This document shows, one piece after another, positions 62,571-64,000 of a DNA stretch of 64,000 nt. Within the stretch, counting starts at the first letter, position 1. Each line of letters starts with the position of its first letter. This DNA comes from Candidatus Latescibacterota bacterium. GTDB taxonomy: Bacteria > Latescibacterota > UBA2968 > UBA8231. Below the pieces are notes generated by a model that saw only the letters and a list, made by a program, of their open reading frames with translations, made no database searches and had not been told where the DNA came from. The stretch covers positions 1,056,001 through 1,120,000 of the forward strand of contig OZ252098.1 of NCBI GenBank assembly GCA_965248355.1, in the 5' to 3' direction. The position numbers were made by a program, and so were the translations under genes.

Positions 62571-64000
62571 GGGCGGTCCCAGGTCCACAAGGGGCCGCCC
62601 GGAGTGTCCGTGACCGCCACTCCGGCGGCGGCCAACTCCCCTCTCAGAGCGTCCGCGCGGTCCCAGTCCCGGGCCTCCCGGGCCGCCTGTCTCGCCTTCA
62701 CAAGCCGGGCGAGCTCGAGGGGAAGCTCCGGGTTCTCCTCGGCGGTCTCGGCCGCCTCGACCGGGTCTAGGAGACCGAGAACAGCGTCCACTTCCTCGAT
62801 CAGGCCGGAGACCCGCAGGGCTTCCGTCGGGTTCAGGTCCCCGGCGGAAAGCGCCTTCTCCACATCTGAGACCAAGCTGAAAACGGCTGCCATCGCCGGG
62901 GAGGCGTTCAGGTCGTCGTCCATGTGACGAATGAAGCCGGACCGGGCTTCCTCCACCGGCCCCGACCACGTACCGTCGGCCGCCGACTCGGTCTCCCCGG
63001 CCAGTGATCGCAGGCGCCGGTAGAACCGGTTCAGCCGGCGCCGGGCGCGGATCCCACCCTCCAGGGCCTCCTCGGTGAAATTCAGCGTCGTACGGTAGTG
63101 ATTCGTGACGACGAAGTAGCGAAATCCCGGGGCCACCTCGGCGTGCCCAGGGCCATCGACGAGCTCGGCCAGGTCACGCAGCAGGAGCTGGTTGCCGAGG
63201 CTCTTCGACAGCTTCACACCGTCGATGTTGACGAACTCGTTGTGCATCCAGTAGCGGGACAGGGGCTGGCTCGTGGCCCCCTCGCTCTGGGCGATCTCGT
63301 TCTGGTGGTGTGGGAAGATCAGGTCGACCCCCCCGGTGTGAATGTCGAAGGTCGGTCCCAGATACTTCATCGACATGCAGGAGCATTCCAGATGCCATCC
63401 CGGCCGGCCGCGACCCCACGGAGAGTCCCAGGCCAGATCCCCGTCGGGCTCGGTCCAGGCCTTCCACAGGACGAAGTCCCGTACGTCCTCCTTGTCGTAG
63501 CGGTCGCTGTCGATCCGGGCTCCCTCGCGCAGTCCCCCCGTGTCTAGGTGGGCGAAGTCGCCGTAGCCGGCAAACCTCGCAATGGAGAAGTAGACGGACC
63601 CGCCGCGCACGTAGGCAAAGCCGCGATGAATCAGCCGCTCGACGAGCTCGAGCATCTCCGGGATGTGCTCCGTGGCCCGAGGGTAGCGGTCGGCCCGCTG
63701 GATGCCGAGGTCGTCGAGCTCCCTGAAGAAGGCGTCGATGTAAGGGCCGACGTACTCCTCCAGGCCCCCACCGCTCTCCGCCACCTTCTGCACGATGCGG
63801 TCATCGACGTCGGTGAGGTTCATCACGTGCTCGACCTCGAACTCCCGATAGCATAGATAACGCTTGAGCACATCGTAGAACAGGAAGCAACGGAAGTTCC
63901 CGATGTGGGAATAGTCCCACACCGTCGGGCCGCAGCTGTACATCCGCACCTTGCCCGGCTGGAGGGACTCGAAGTCCCGCTTGCGGCGGCTCGAGGTGTC
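62567..64000 (-). CDS. cysS: Cysteine--tRNA ligase (5' end beyond window)
   Basis: YSCGPTV, HIGN, GRPGWHLECS, DLIFPHH, KLSKS; frame open to base 64000. Confidence 0.98.
   Translation of the reverse strand, partial: DTSSRRKRDFESLQPGKVRMYSCGPTVWDYSHIGNFRCFLFYDVLKRYLCYREFEVEHVMNLTDVDDRIVQKVAESGGGLEEYVGPYIDAFFRELDDLGIQRADRYPRATEHIPEMLELVERLIHRGFAYVRGGSVYFSIARFAGYGDFAHLDTGGLREGARIDSDRYDKEDVRDFVLWKAWTEPDGDLAWDSPWGRGRPGWHLECSCMSMKYLGPTFDIHTGGVDLIFPHHQNEIAQSEGATSQPLSRYWMHNEFVNIDGVKLSKSLGNQLLLRDLAELVDGPGHAEVAPGFRYFVVTNHYRTTLNFTEEALEGGIRARRRLNRFYRRLRSLAGETESAADGTWSGPVEEARSGFIRHMDDDLNASPAMAAVFSLVSDVEKALSAGDLNPTEALRVSGLIEEVDAVLGLLDPVEAAETAEENPELPLELARLVKARQAAREARDWDRADALRGELAAAGVAVTDTPGGPLWTWDRP

Overview
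GC-rich (roughly 70% by eye), gene-dense bacterial chromosome segment, probably from a diderm FCB-like lineage (inferred from an RpoD lacking region 1.1, lipoproteins and a beta-barrel protein; taxonomy not proven). Content is mostly housekeeping: leuS, mutL, hprK, rsgA, two prs, apt, hemB, thrC, ychF, rqcH, valS, murQ, gmd, gcvTP, coaE, hflKC, clpP, clpX, epmA, trxA, holA, rnr, a sigma70 factor, rph, smpB, tRNA-Leu(CAG) and cysS. Most genes right of 2.8 kb are on the minus strand. The standout is a ~1.15 kb insertion between convergent leuS and mutL. It holds one Cre-like tyrosine recombinase behind a perfect-consensus sigma70 promoter, and lies between two directly repeated dif-like 28-bp sites, with a third, inverted site just outside. 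The outer arms rebuild a canonical-looking dif and the inner arms are degenerate, which suggests a minimal element integrated at the chromosome dimer-resolution site. Other notable items: a probable pseudo-enzyme PRPP synthetase paralog, a plant-type thrC plus cystathionine gamma-synthase pair, a candidate sigma54-dependent sRNA, a satellite microcompartment locus, a cytochrome-porin fusion, an AI-2E transporter with a permuted Ig-like insertion, a ClpP with Asp->Ser in the catalytic triad, and an orphan DnaC-like ATPase. All calls come from motif recognition by eye; no searches were run.
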